Below, piece by piece: positions 1 through 9,400 of a stretch of DNA of 63,047 nucleotides; positions within the stretch are counted from its first letter, which is position 1, and the number at the start of each line of letters is the position of its first letter. The notes under the pieces were generated by a model. The model was not told where the DNA came from. It made no database searches and saw only the letters and a list, made by a program, of their open reading frames with translations. Source of the DNA: Gemmatimonadales bacterium (GTDB taxonomy: Bacteria > Gemmatimonadota > Gemmatimonadetes > Gemmatimonadales > GWC2-71-9); assembly GCA_013140635.1 (NCBI GenBank), contig JABFSM010000054.1:1-63047 (forward strand), in the 5' to 3' direction. Position numbers and translations under genes: made by a program.

Positions 1-1601
1 GCGCGCTCGGGCGTCAGGGTCGCGGCACGGCAGAATTCGGCGAACTGAGCCTGGTACTCTGCCACCTCCGCGCCCAGCGCGGTGCGGTCGGCCACCCATC
101 GGGTGGCGCCATCCCGAGGCCTAACCGCCACAGTCAGGGCGCTCCCCGCCGGTGCCGCGGCGTCCTCGAGGCGCTCAACGAGATGCACCGATACCGGCAA
201 GGGCCGCGCCTCGGGGCCTCGCCCCGCGCTTCGAAGGACCGGCCGGCGCGCCGGCAGATCTGCCGAGTACGTCAGGTGCTGCCGGAGACGGCCGAGCTCG
301 GATCGCACCGACTCTCGAAGCGTGTCGAACCCGCGGGCAAAGTCGACCGCGGCGCGAAGCGGCACCTGGCCCGCGAACCAGTCGGAGACCCCCTCCACCA
401 GGCGAGCCAGCGCGGGATCGGCGAATCCGACGTCGAACTCGGCGCAATCGCCCAGCCGAGCGAAATACCCCAGCACGGCGGTGACCCCCTCTTCACCGTC
501 GCCCACGCCCATCGGGGCCTGATCGGCATGCGTGTATTCGAGAGGGTTGGGGACGCCGCCGCGGAGAGGAGCGGCGGGGACCTCGAACGGGTGTTCCGTC
601 TCGAGCCGGTCGATCCAAAAGGGCTCGTGGGGACAGGTGGCGGCGGTTACGGCGGTGAGCCGCGCCACGGACGCCTCGTTCGGGAGGTCGAACCGCCCGC
701 CGGGCGCGATGCCTAACCGACTGGCCCCATCACGGGGTGACAGCGGCGTCCCGTCCAGCGTTTGCAGCCGGCGAAGCACGAGGTTGCGATCGCCGGTCGC
801 GACCTGAATCCCGGCGTCGTCGATCGAGAGGACCGTGCCCGGCGCGGCACCCGAACCGCGTTCCCCAAGCGAGGCCTCCTGCACGATGATGGCACGGCTC
901 TCATGGCTCGTCTTTGGCGAGACCAGCGGATTGGGGTAGGTCCCGAAATCCAGTGCCCGGATGAGGGTGGCGATCGTCTCCGCCGACTGGGTCCAGTCCA
1001 GGACCCCGGCGGCCGAGGGGCGGTCGGATCGCCGAAAGATCCGGCCCGGCGCGGCGTCCTGAGGATGCGGCCGGAGACGGCCTTCACCCAAGTCACGGAC
1101 CAATTCCTCGAAGCTCTCGATTCCCGCTTCGTAGCACTTCGTGTTGAGTGTGAGTGCCGTCTCACCCTCCGAAATGTCGAAGGCCCGGCGCGTGAGGACG
1201 GCGCCGCGATCGACCGCGCCCGTCATCAGGTGCCAAGTCACTCCATGCCTGGGCTCCCCGTTCAGGAGCGCCCAGACCGGGGTGTTGAGACCGGCGTACT
1301 CCGGCAGCGGCCCGTCATGAAAATTGATCGCCCCCTGCGAAGGCAGGTCGAGGATCGCCTTGGGAAGGATCTCGAGATTGGTGATGCTGAAGAGGTAGTC
1401 GAATGGCTGGAGGAGAGTGGCCTGGAGGAGCGCATCGGCGTCCGGGAGTACACGGATGCCTCGGCCAGCCGCCCATCGGTGAACGGGGCGGGCCTTAGAC
1501 ACGACTGCGACTACCTGATGACCTCCCTGTTCCAACAACTCGCCACATTGGATCAGCAGCGACTCGGAACCGACGAGGACGCACCGCCACGAAGTCGACA
1601 T
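1..1601 (-). CDS. Formyltransferase-domain protein with a C-terminal condensation-like extension. Only the N-terminal part is present because the ORF runs off the left edge, so it is absent from the ORF track.
   Basis: I translated the minus strand myself from the ATG at 1601..1599. It reads MSTSWRCVLVGSESLLIQCGELLEQGGHQVVAVVS...INFHDGPLPEYAGLNTPVWALLNGEPRHGVTWHLM (Fmt/PurN-type H-x3-LP-x3-G core), then ...FWIDRLETEHPFEVP... There is no stop before position 1. The listed plus-strand ORF 762..1790 is its antisense shadow. Confidence 0.7.
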   Translation of the reverse strand, partial: MSTSWRCVLVGSESLLIQCGELLEQGGHQVVAVVSKARPVHRWAAGRGIRVLPDADALLQATLLQPFDYLFSITNLEILPKAILDLPSQGAINFHDGPLPEYAGLNTPVWALLNGEPRHGVTWHLMTGAVDRGAVLTRRAFDISEGETALTLNTKCYEAGIESFEELVRDLGEGRLRPHPQDAAPGRIFRRSDRPSAAGVLDWTQSAETIATLIRALDFGTYPNPLVSPKTSHESRAIIVQEASLGERGSGAAPGTVLSIDDAGIQVATGDRNLVLRRLQTLDGTPLSPRDGASRLGIAPGGRFDLPNEASVARLTAVTAATCPHEPFWIDRLETEHPFEVPAAPLRGGVPNPLEYTHADQAPMGVGDGEEGVTAVLGYFARLGDCAEFDVGFADPALARLVEGVSDWFAGQVPLRAAVDFARGFDTLRESVRSELGRLRQHLTYSADLPARRPVLRSAGRGPEARPLPVSVHLVERLEDAAAPAGSALTVAVRPRDGATRWVADRTALGAEVAEYQAQFAEFCRAATLTPER

Positions 1602-1819
1602 TCTTACTCGGAGATTGGAAGCCCCCAGAACCCCACGCCTCTACTGCAAGAACCACCACATCGTCGAAGAGCTGAGGGAGTGCGCTATAAACGTATATAT
1701 CACAAGGTTTTACATATCTTTAGAGTGTCAGATAACCGGGGTCTCCGCTCGAGAATGTTGCGTAAGCGCATCCGTATTCCGCAGCGATAGCCGCCGCTCG
1801 CTATGCCGGAAAATAGCAG

Positions 1820-3031
1820 TCAGAAGCGGAGGAGTCTGCCGAGGAGAATCCCACAGGTTGCAGCAGCAAGGCCCAGGACCCAGGTCAAGGCGCTGGAGGC
1901 AGCGCATCCGAGGAGAAAAGGCCCCCCAGCCAGGGTCAGAACCGACACCCCGAGTCCCCAGGCCGCTCGCCGAGTGAGGCCGAGGCCGATCGGGAAGAAC
2001 ACCGCTCCCGCCGCCAGAACCGAGATCCACCAGTTCGTGCCGCCCAGGTCGTAGTCGAAAGGGAGGAACCCGGCCCAGAATACTTCCGGCGTCAGGGTAA
2101 GACGTTGCTCTTTTCGGCCGATTCGACTTTCGGCCGAGAGCGTCACATGCCGGAGGCTCCATTCCATCGATACCGTGACGGAGTCCCCGGCCTGCTCCGG
2201 TATTGCCTCGCGCACTATGAAGACGGGCCCTCGGAGCCCCGCATTCGTCATCCGGAGGCGCGGAAAGCCGAGAACGCTCTGTCCTTGCTGCCAGAGACCA
2301 AGGAAGTCGCCGCCGGTCGGGCTTACCACGCCGGCCAATTGAGCCCGGCCGGTGAATGCCCGTCCGGTCGTGAGGACAACGACGGCCCGCACCGTATCCG
2401 TTGCCCCGAGCTTTGCCTGCAATGCATCGGTGGCGGCGATCGGGCCGTCGGGAATCGGGAGCCCGCGCACTTGGAACGACACGATGCGGCCCGGGAAGAG
2501 CGTCGTTCTGGCGAACTCGTGCGCCCACTGCCCATACCATCCATTTCCCGACGGCACCCCAGGTGCGATCAACAGGCCGCCCACGTTCCAGGCGACCACC
2601 GCCGCGGCGGCTATCGCTGGCCCGAGCCGTCGCCACACCGCGGCGCGGCGCCCCCACCCGGCAACGATGATGGCACCGAGCCCGCCGCCGAGCGTATTCG
2701 TGACGACGTCGTGGATCGAGGCGTCCCGTCCGGGAATCCACGACAATTGGCAGAGCTCGATCATCACGCTGACGGTCGCCGCCACAAGGGCCGCGCGTAC
2801 CGGCGTCCGCCCGGTCAGCGCGAGGCCGCCACCGAAGGGCATGAAGAGCAGGACATTGAGCACGATGTCCGTGAGGAGCAGACTTCGCCCGACGGTGGAA
2901 TCGCCACCGGTCGGCGTGGGCATCAGCGTGAGTATCCCGATGACGAGCGCGGACGCCACCGTCACAACTTGGCCGTATGCCGAAGCCCTCTTCTCGGCGG
3001 ATGATCGTCCGGCTATTCTGGAGTCTGCCAT
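1820..3031 (-). CDS. VanZ-like integral membrane protein
   Basis: 403-aa ORF with an N-terminal VanZ-like pattern (LLLTDIVLNVLLFMPFG...ELCQL...GRDASIHDVVTNTLGG). Hydrophobic helices occur at both ends. Confidence 0.7.
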   Translation of the reverse strand: MADSRIAGRSSAEKRASAYGQVVTVASALVIGILTLMPTPTGGDSTVGRSLLLTDIVLNVLLFMPFGGGLALTGRTPVRAALVAATVSVMIELCQLSWIPGRDASIHDVVTNTLGGGLGAIIVAGWGRRAAVWRRLGPAIAAAAVVAWNVGGLLIAPGVPSGNGWYGQWAHEFARTTLFPGRIVSFQVRGLPIPDGPIAATDALQAKLGATDTVRAVVVLTTGRAFTGRAQLAGVVSPTGGDFLGLWQQGQSVLGFPRLRMTNAGLRGPVFIVREAIPEQAGDSVTVSMEWSLRHVTLSAESRIGRKEQRLTLTPEVFWAGFLPFDYDLGGTNWWISVLAAGAVFFPIGLGLTRRAAWGLGVSVLTLAGGPFLLGCAASSALTWVLGLAAATCGILLGRLLRF

Positions 3032-3069
3032 GACCTGCCTCGAACCTCCGGCTGCTGAGCGGAGCCCTG

Positions 3070-3918
3070 TTGCGTAAGCAAGACCCGATCCATCTCTTCT
3101 CGGTGGACGTGGAGGAGCACTTCCAGGTCAGCGCCTTCGATGGGGTGCTCTCTCGCGACGCCTGGGACAGCCAACCGAGCCGAGTCGAGGCCAGCACGCA
3201 ACGGTTGCTCGATCTGCTCGCCAAGTACGACGCGAAGGGAACCTTCTTCACCCTCGGCTGGGTGGCGGAGCGCCGGCCGGACCTGATCAAACGGATCGTC
3301 GACGCCGGCCACGAGCTCGGCTCGCACGGTTGGTGGCATCGGAAAGTCACCACGCTTACGGCGGAGCAATTCCGCGATGAGATCCGGCGGTCGAAGGATC
3401 TGCTCGAGCAGATCTCCGGTACTCCGGTTCGTGGATTCAGAGCCCCGAGTTTTTCGATCGTGCCCGGACTCGAGTGGGCCTTCGATGTGCTGATCGAGGA
3501 GGGGTACGACTACGACTCGAGCCTCTTCCCGATTCGCCGCCCGGATTATGGGTATCCCACGGCGCCTCGCGCCCCGTACCGGTTGACCCGGCCGTCCGGC
3601 TCTCTGGTGGAGTTTCCCATGGCCACTCTTTCCGTGGCGGGGTTCCGCGTGCCGGCTGCAGGCGGGGGGTACCTTCGCCAGTTCCCCATCCGGATCATTC
3701 AGGCCGCCTTTCGGCAAGCGGGAAGGGAAGGACAGCCGGCGATGTTCTACATCCACCCGTGGGAAGTGGACCCGGGGCAGCCGCGCCTTCCGGTCGGATT
3801 GGTGACTTCGTTCCGGCACTACCGCGGCCTCGAAGGGGCGCTCGGCCGAATCGAAGCGCTGCTCGGAGAATTCCGCTTTACGTCCACGGCCCGCTGGCTG
3901 GCCGAGCATTCGCTGTGA
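3070..3918 (+). CDS. Polysaccharide deacetylase, PEP-CTERM/exosortase-locus subfamily
   Basis: 282-aa ORF with a TTG start. Motifs: LFSVDVEEHFQVSAF, GTFFTLGWVAER, GHELGSHGWWH. Its stop overlaps the next start (GTGA at 3915-3918). Confidence 0.85.
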   Translation: MRKQDPIHLFSVDVEEHFQVSAFDGVLSRDAWDSQPSRVEASTQRLLDLLAKYDAKGTFFTLGWVAERRPDLIKRIVDAGHELGSHGWWHRKVTTLTAEQFRDEIRRSKDLLEQISGTPVRGFRAPSFSIVPGLEWAFDVLIEEGYDYDSSLFPIRRPDYGYPTAPRAPYRLTRPSGSLVEFPMATLSVAGFRVPAAGGGYLRQFPIRIIQAAFRQAGREGQPAMFYIHPWEVDPGQPRLPVGLVTSFRHYRGLEGALGRIEALLGEFRFTSTARWLAEHSL

Positions 3919-4943
3919 CCCAGGCCGCGCCCTATGAGGGAACCGCTTCCGAATGGGATGCGTTCGCCGCCCGATACCGGGGATATACCCATTTTCATCG
4001 CTATGCGTGGAAGTCGGTAATCGAAGAAACGTTCGGGCATCAATGTCTCTATCTCTCGGTCAGAGACGGCTCTGGCGCGCTCGCCGGGGTTCTCCCGCTG
4101 GTTCGCGTCAAGAGTCTGTTGTTCGGGCACTATCTGGTCTCGCTCCCCTTCGTCAACTACGGAGGCCCGCTCGGTGAACCCGATGCGGTGAGGGATCTCG
4201 TGGCCTCGGCGGTGGAAGAGGCGGCGCGCTCGGGCGCCAAGCTCCTCGAGCTCCGAAGCCGCGTCGAGCTTCCGGTCGACCTCGCCGTTTCCCACCGCAA
4301 GATCACCGTCGTTCTCGATCTGCCCTCGGATGCCGACGCGCTCTTCAAGAGCTTCACCTCGAAACTCCGAAGCCAGGTCCGCCGCCCGATGAAGGACGGG
4401 GTCACGATGCGGTTCGGAGCCGACCAGGTCGGGCCCTTCTTCGACGTATTCAGCCGCCATATGCGCGATCTCGGGACGCCGACCCTTCCACACCGGTTCT
4501 TCGAGGCCATCGCCCGGGCCTTTCCGACGGACGCGACCTTCGGATGTGCCTGGCATGACGGGCGACCGGTGGCGTGTGGCGCCGGCTTCAGCTGGGGGAC
4601 CGAATTCGAAATGACTTGGGCGTCGTCACTCGTCGAATTCAACAAGCTCTCCCCGAATATGCTCGTGTACTGGGAGTTCATGCAGCGGGTGGTGGCCCAG
4701 GGAGGCGGGGTCTTCAACTTCGGCCGGTGTACGCCCGATAGCGGCACGCACCGCTTCAAGCGCCAGTGGGGTTCGCGCGACGAGCCGCTCTGGTGGTATC
4801 AGCGCACGGCGCAGGGTGTTGGCGAAGCGGCCACCCCCTCACCCGATCAGGGAAAGTACCGCTGGGGTCCGAGGCTCTGGAAACACCTCCCCCTGGCCGC
4901 CTCGCGGTGGCTCGGACCCCGCATCGTTCGTTTGATTCCCTGA
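3915..4943 (+). CDS. FemAB-family protein (PEP-CTERM-locus type; aminoacyl/peptidyl-transferase-like GNAT fold)
   Basis: It lies in frame within listed ORF 3474..4943. I chose the GTG at 3915, which is coupled to the upstream stop. Motifs: WDAFAARYRGYTHFHRYAWKSVIEETFGH...GVLPLV...FRHMRDLGTP...FNFGRCTPDSGTHRFKRQWG. Confidence 0.8.
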   Translation: MTQAAPYEGTASEWDAFAARYRGYTHFHRYAWKSVIEETFGHQCLYLSVRDGSGALAGVLPLVRVKSLLFGHYLVSLPFVNYGGPLGEPDAVRDLVASAVEEAARSGAKLLELRSRVELPVDLAVSHRKITVVLDLPSDADALFKSFTSKLRSQVRRPMKDGVTMRFGADQVGPFFDVFSRHMRDLGTPTLPHRFFEAIARAFPTDATFGCAWHDGRPVACGAGFSWGTEFEMTWASSLVEFNKLSPNMLVYWEFMQRVVAQGGGVFNFGRCTPDSGTHRFKRQWGSRDEPLWWYQRTAQGVGEAATPSPDQGKYRWGPRLWKHLPLAASRWLGPRIVRLIP

Positions 4944-6103
4944 TGCCGCTTCGCCACCAGCTCCCCGCCTGGTCGCCGGTCACCCTTCGTTCCCTTGCCG
5001 CCGGTCTCTTTCCTGCCACGGATGCGCTCGAGCGGCTAACCGAACGAGTACGGACAGAATACGGCGTCGGTACGGTGATCCTGACCGCCAGCGGAACGGT
5101 CGCGTTAGCACTGGCCATTCGTGCCTCGGCACCTTCAGGTACGCGGCCCCGCGTTGCCCTGCCGGCTTGGGCCTGCCCGGACCTGATGACGGCGGCGGAT
5201 ACGGTCGACGCGGAAGTCCTCCTATATGATCTCGATCCGCGGACGTTGAGCCCCGATCTCGACTCACTTGGACGGGTGCTGTCCCGGGGGCCCCACGCGG
5301 TGGTCGCCGTGCATTGGTTCGGGCTCCCGGCCGACCTGGGTCCTCTCAGACAGATAGCCGCTGAGGCAGGGGCTCGGCTCATCGAGGATGCCGCCCAAGG
5401 TGCCTGTGGCCGAACCCCGGAGGGACCACTTGGCGCGTTCGGTGACTATGGAATCCTGAGTTTCGGCCGCGGCAAAGGGAGAACCGGCGGGGGCGGGGGC
5501 GCCCTCCTCGCTTCTCCGGCGGTTGGACTCGACGCCGCTCTCGTGGCGGCGGAGAGGGGGCTCCGATCGATCGCCGTGCTGGCGGCCCAGGGGGCGTTCT
5601 CTCGTCCATGGCTCTACGGAGTTCCCGCCTCCATTCCCTGGCTTGGTCTGGGGGAAACCCACTATCATGCTCCCCCACCGATTGCGGGGATGCACCGAAG
5701 GCAGGCTGCGGCGCTGGAGCCGGTATGGCCGGTCGCCGAAGGCGAGGGGGAGAGAAGAAGGGCCAATGCCCACCGATGGGCCGAGGCTCTGGCCGGCGTT
5801 TCTGGTGCGGATGTCTACCTTTGCCCCGCCGGTTTGACCCCTGGCTGGCTTCGGTTTCCCATCCGGTTGGCTGATGCAATTCGGGGTCGATTCCGGTCTG
5901 CCGGTGCTCGACAGCTCGGGATCATGCCGGCGTATCCCACCACCTTGGACCGGCTCCCGGTGCCGGCCGGTCGGTTGCTGGAGAGTTCGGAATCGCTTCG
6001 GGGGGCGCGGGAGCTGGCTCAAGCGCTCTTCACCTTGCCGACGCATCGGCATGTCGGCGTGGGTGACTACCTGAAAACGCTCCGGTTGTTCAGCAATACC
6101 TGA
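4943..6103 (+). CDS. DegT/DnrJ/EryC1/StrS-family PLP aminotransferase-like protein
   Basis: The ATG at 4943 overlaps the upstream TGA (TGATG). It has the fold-type-I sugar aminotransferase layout (ILTASGTVALALA...IEDAAQG...ILSFGRGKGRTGGGGGAL with a candidate PLP lysine). About 386 aa. Confidence 0.7.
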   Translation: MPLRHQLPAWSPVTLRSLAAGLFPATDALERLTERVRTEYGVGTVILTASGTVALALAIRASAPSGTRPRVALPAWACPDLMTAADTVDAEVLLYDLDPRTLSPDLDSLGRVLSRGPHAVVAVHWFGLPADLGPLRQIAAEAGARLIEDAAQGACGRTPEGPLGAFGDYGILSFGRGKGRTGGGGGALLASPAVGLDAALVAAERGLRSIAVLAAQGAFSRPWLYGVPASIPWLGLGETHYHAPPPIAGMHRRQAAALEPVWPVAEGEGERRRANAHRWAEALAGVSGADVYLCPAGLTPGWLRFPIRLADAIRGRFRSAGARQLGIMPAYPTTLDRLPVPAGRLLESSESLRGARELAQALFTLPTHRHVGVGDYLKTLRLFSNT

Positions 6104-6302
6104 GAATTCCTGCACTTTGTTCGGCCCACGTTAGGTCCAGATTCTCCGGTGTGTGCAATGATTGTCGCACGGTTCGTCCCCTGACCAAATGCTTCTACCA
6201 CGGAGATTTGCGTGACCCTCCGGATGACAAATTTCTGAGGATAGTCGCTCCACCAGCGCATTATTCTGCATTAATCTAAGTATAGCTAAGTCAATCAATT
6301 AC

Positions 6303-6330
6303 ATCCGGCATCTTAGCGGATAGTTTTTTT
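6303..6330 (+). terminator. Weak intrinsic-terminator-like hairpin plus T7 run inside the long leader of the Big_2 lipoprotein gene
   Basis: ATCCG (6303-07), 9-nt loop, CGGAT (6317-21), then AG + TTTTTTT (6324-30). A second T6 run lies at 6339-44. The stem is short and AT-containing, so the call is weak. Confidence 0.3.
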
Positions 6331-6483
6331 ACTGTGCTGTTTTTTGACGATTCGCGGCACCTTTGTGCGCCCACTTCTTGCGATTTCAGGTATCACAACA
6401 GACCCGTAATCGCGACTGGCTCACCGGCCCCGCGATTCTCATATGAACCAGAGCTTTGCAGCTCGTCGTCAAAGGCCAGATTC

Positions 6484-9400
6484 ATGACCTACCTCTTCAA
6501 GCTCGCTCATCGGATTGCCAAGATTCGAACCCCGCTCCTCATTGCCGCCATCGCCCTCTCGGGATGCGGCAAGGGGGAGAAGACCGACTTCCTAGCCCCG
6601 AACCCCAATGGGAGCACCCCGGTCCTTCAGACGATCAGGGTAGAGCCCCAGCTGGGCTCCGTTCGCGTCGGTGACGAAGTGCAGTTCACCGCCACGGGCT
6701 ATAGTGCGACCGGCGCCCTCCTCCCCGTTACGGTGGACTGGTCGGCAACCGGCGGCATCATCACCTCCGACGGCCGCTTTACCGGCGTCTTGACGGGCCC
6801 CCACACGGTGACGGCGCGAGCGCGGGACCGGCAATCGGTTGCCGACTCGGCCCGGGTTACCGTCTGGAATAGCCCGACCGAAATCCTCGCCCTCGTCGTG
6901 TCGCCCGATTCGGCGATCATCGAGGAGGGAGATACCCTAGAGTTTTCGGCGGCTCTCGCGATGGTCAACGGCGCGCTGACGCAGAGTGCGGCCGTCTCCT
7001 GGTCTTCGTCCGGCGGTTTCATGGACTCGTTCGGGCGCTTCAGCGCCGCAGTCGCGGGTGAGTACGTGATCACCGCACAGTCGGTCAGCAGCCTTCGCGG
7101 GATCGCTCGGATCTTCGTCCAGAAGAAGCGGCGGCGCCTGCAGAGGATCAACATCGATCCGACCGGGATCCAGCTCAACCCGGCGCAGACCCGGCAGTTC
7201 CAGGCCGCGGGCGATTGGTCCGATGGCAGCAGCGCCGCACCCGATGTCGTCTGGAGCGCCACCGGCGGCACCGTCGCCAATGGGCTCTTCACCGCCGCCG
7301 GCACCCCGGGAAGTTTCCAGGTCGTGGCGCGGGAGCAGGACGGCAACATCGCCGATACCGCCTCGGTGACGATTGTCGAAACGGCTATCACGAAGCTGGC
7401 GATCACCCCCGGCTCCGTTTCGCTCACGCCGAACGCGCCCCAGCAGTTCAGTGCGCTGGCGCAGCGCGCCGATAATTCATGGAACACCGTTGCGCTCAAC
7501 TGGCGGATCGTCGGCGCGGGAAGCATCTCTTCCGCTGGGCTCTACACCGCCCCCGCCGCCGCCGGGAACTACCAAGTGATCGTCGGGACGCCGGGCAGCG
7601 CCGTCGAGGACACCGCTGAGGTCCGCATCGAGACGCCGGTCGCGACCCTGAACCAGATCATCGTGGCCCCGTCCAGCGCGACGGTCGCGGCGGGCGGAAG
7701 CCGCCAGTTCTCGCTGACCGGTGTGTGGAGCGATGGTGGGTCGACCGCTCCGGATGCCTCCTGGTCCGCGACCGGTGGTACCATCTCGGCGAGTGGTCTC
7801 TTCGTGGCGGGCTCGGTCTCTGGTACGTACACCGTGATCGCCACCGCCACGAACGGGAAGGCCGATACGAGTGTCGTCACCATCTCCGCTCCCGTGCTCA
7901 CGGCCGTCCAGCTTACTCCCGCGAACAGCTCGCTCCAGGTCGGTCAGACGCAGCAATTCGCGGTCTCCGGAAGCTGGAGCAACGGCGCCACGACGGCTCC
8001 GGCGGTCTCCTATACGGCGAACGGCGGCACGATCAGCGCCGGCGGCCTCTACACTGCCGGGTCGAGCGCCGGTACCTATTCGGTGATCGCGGCTGAGCAG
8101 GGTGGTACGCTGGCCGATACCAGCTTCGTCACGATTTCGACCCCGGCGCCGGTTCTCGCCGGCGTGCTGCTCTCTCCCGCTTCGGTGACGCTCAATGCCG
8201 GCGGCGTTCAGCAGTTCACCGCGGTTGGGTCGTACAGCAACGGCACGACCGGCACGATTACCATCTCCTGGTCGGAGACCGGTGGTTCGATCAATAGCAC
8301 CGGCCGCTTCACCGCCGGGTCGACTCCGGGCACCTACCGGGTTGTCGCTCGGCTCTCCGGCGGCACTATGGCGGATACCTCGACGGTGATCATCGCGTCG
8401 CCGGCGACCCTCACCGGGCTCAGCGTTTCGCCGAAGCCCTACTCGGCCCAGGTGAGCAGCGCGGCGCGGCAGTTCAATGTGAGCGCGACCTGGTCGAGCG
8501 GCGCCACCACGGTGCCCTCGATTCTCTGGACCGCCACCGGCGGCAGCATCACCTCGGGCGGTCTTTACACGCCGAGTTCGACGGCCGGCACCTTCCGGGT
8601 CATTGCGCGGCACTCGGGCGGCACGCTTGCGGACACCACGGCGGTGACCCTCACGGCGGCCCCGCCGCCGCCGGCAACGCTCAGCAGCGTCACGATTTCG
8701 CCGAAGCCGGTGTCGATGCCGGTGGCCGGCGCCCAGCAGTTCAACGCGAGCGCGCTCTGGTCGGACGGCGGCACCACCGTGCCGAGTATCACGTGGAGCG
8801 CCACCGGCGGCACCGTGAACGGCAGCGGCGCCTACACGGCCGGTTCGACGGCGGGTACCTTCCGCGTCATCGCGGCCGGCGGCGGCAAGGCCGATACCGC
8901 TAACATCACGATCAGCGCTGTGGCGCCGACCGTGACGAGCTTCGTTCTTTCGCCCGGGAGCGCGACGGTTCCCGCGGGCAGCACCCAGCAGTTCTCGACG
9001 GCCACCACCTGGTCCAATGGTGCGAGCGGGGGGGTCACGGTATCATATTCCGCTACCGGAGGCTCTATCTCGACCAACGGACTCTTTACCGCGGCCCAGG
9101 CGGCGGGCACCTTCGCAGTCATCGCCTCCTGCAGCTGCGGGCGGGCGGATACGTCCGTCGTTGCCGTCTCGGCCGTCTCCGGTCCGACGCTGACCAGCTT
9201 GCGGGTCAGCCCCAAGCCGGTCTCGGTGTACACCGGCGGCGTCCAGGCCTTCTCCGTGACCCCCACGTGGAGCGACGGTTCGAGCACTCTTCCGTCGATC
9301 ACCTGGTCGGCCACCGGCGGCAACATCACGAATGGCGGCGTCTACACTGCCGCGGGCTCGGCCGGGACGTTCCGCGTCATCGCGAGCGGCGGCGGCAAGG

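Noticed and set aside
3474-3914. Long N-terminal extensions of listed ORFs. Examples are 3474-4943, 4766-6103, 18654-19979, 24210-25907, 34284-35669, 37353-38300 and 38657-40069.
   Set aside because: Each extension overlaps the well-supported upstream gene in another frame. In each case an internal start coincides with the upstream stop (ATGA, GTGA or TGATG coupling) and with the family's normal N-terminus.
6353-6370. CGGCAC-ctttg-TGC, a sigma-54-like sequence upstream of the Big_2 gene.
   Set aside because: The GG-to-GC spacing is one nucleotide short, or one long using the next GC. Sigma-54 promoters are intolerant of spacing changes.
6334-6483. 50-codon N-terminal extension of the Big_2 ORF (GTG at 6334).
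   Set aside because: The extension lies in low-GC sequence containing T-runs and encodes no signal peptide. The internal ATG at 6484 yields a canonical lipoprotein signal (LSGC).
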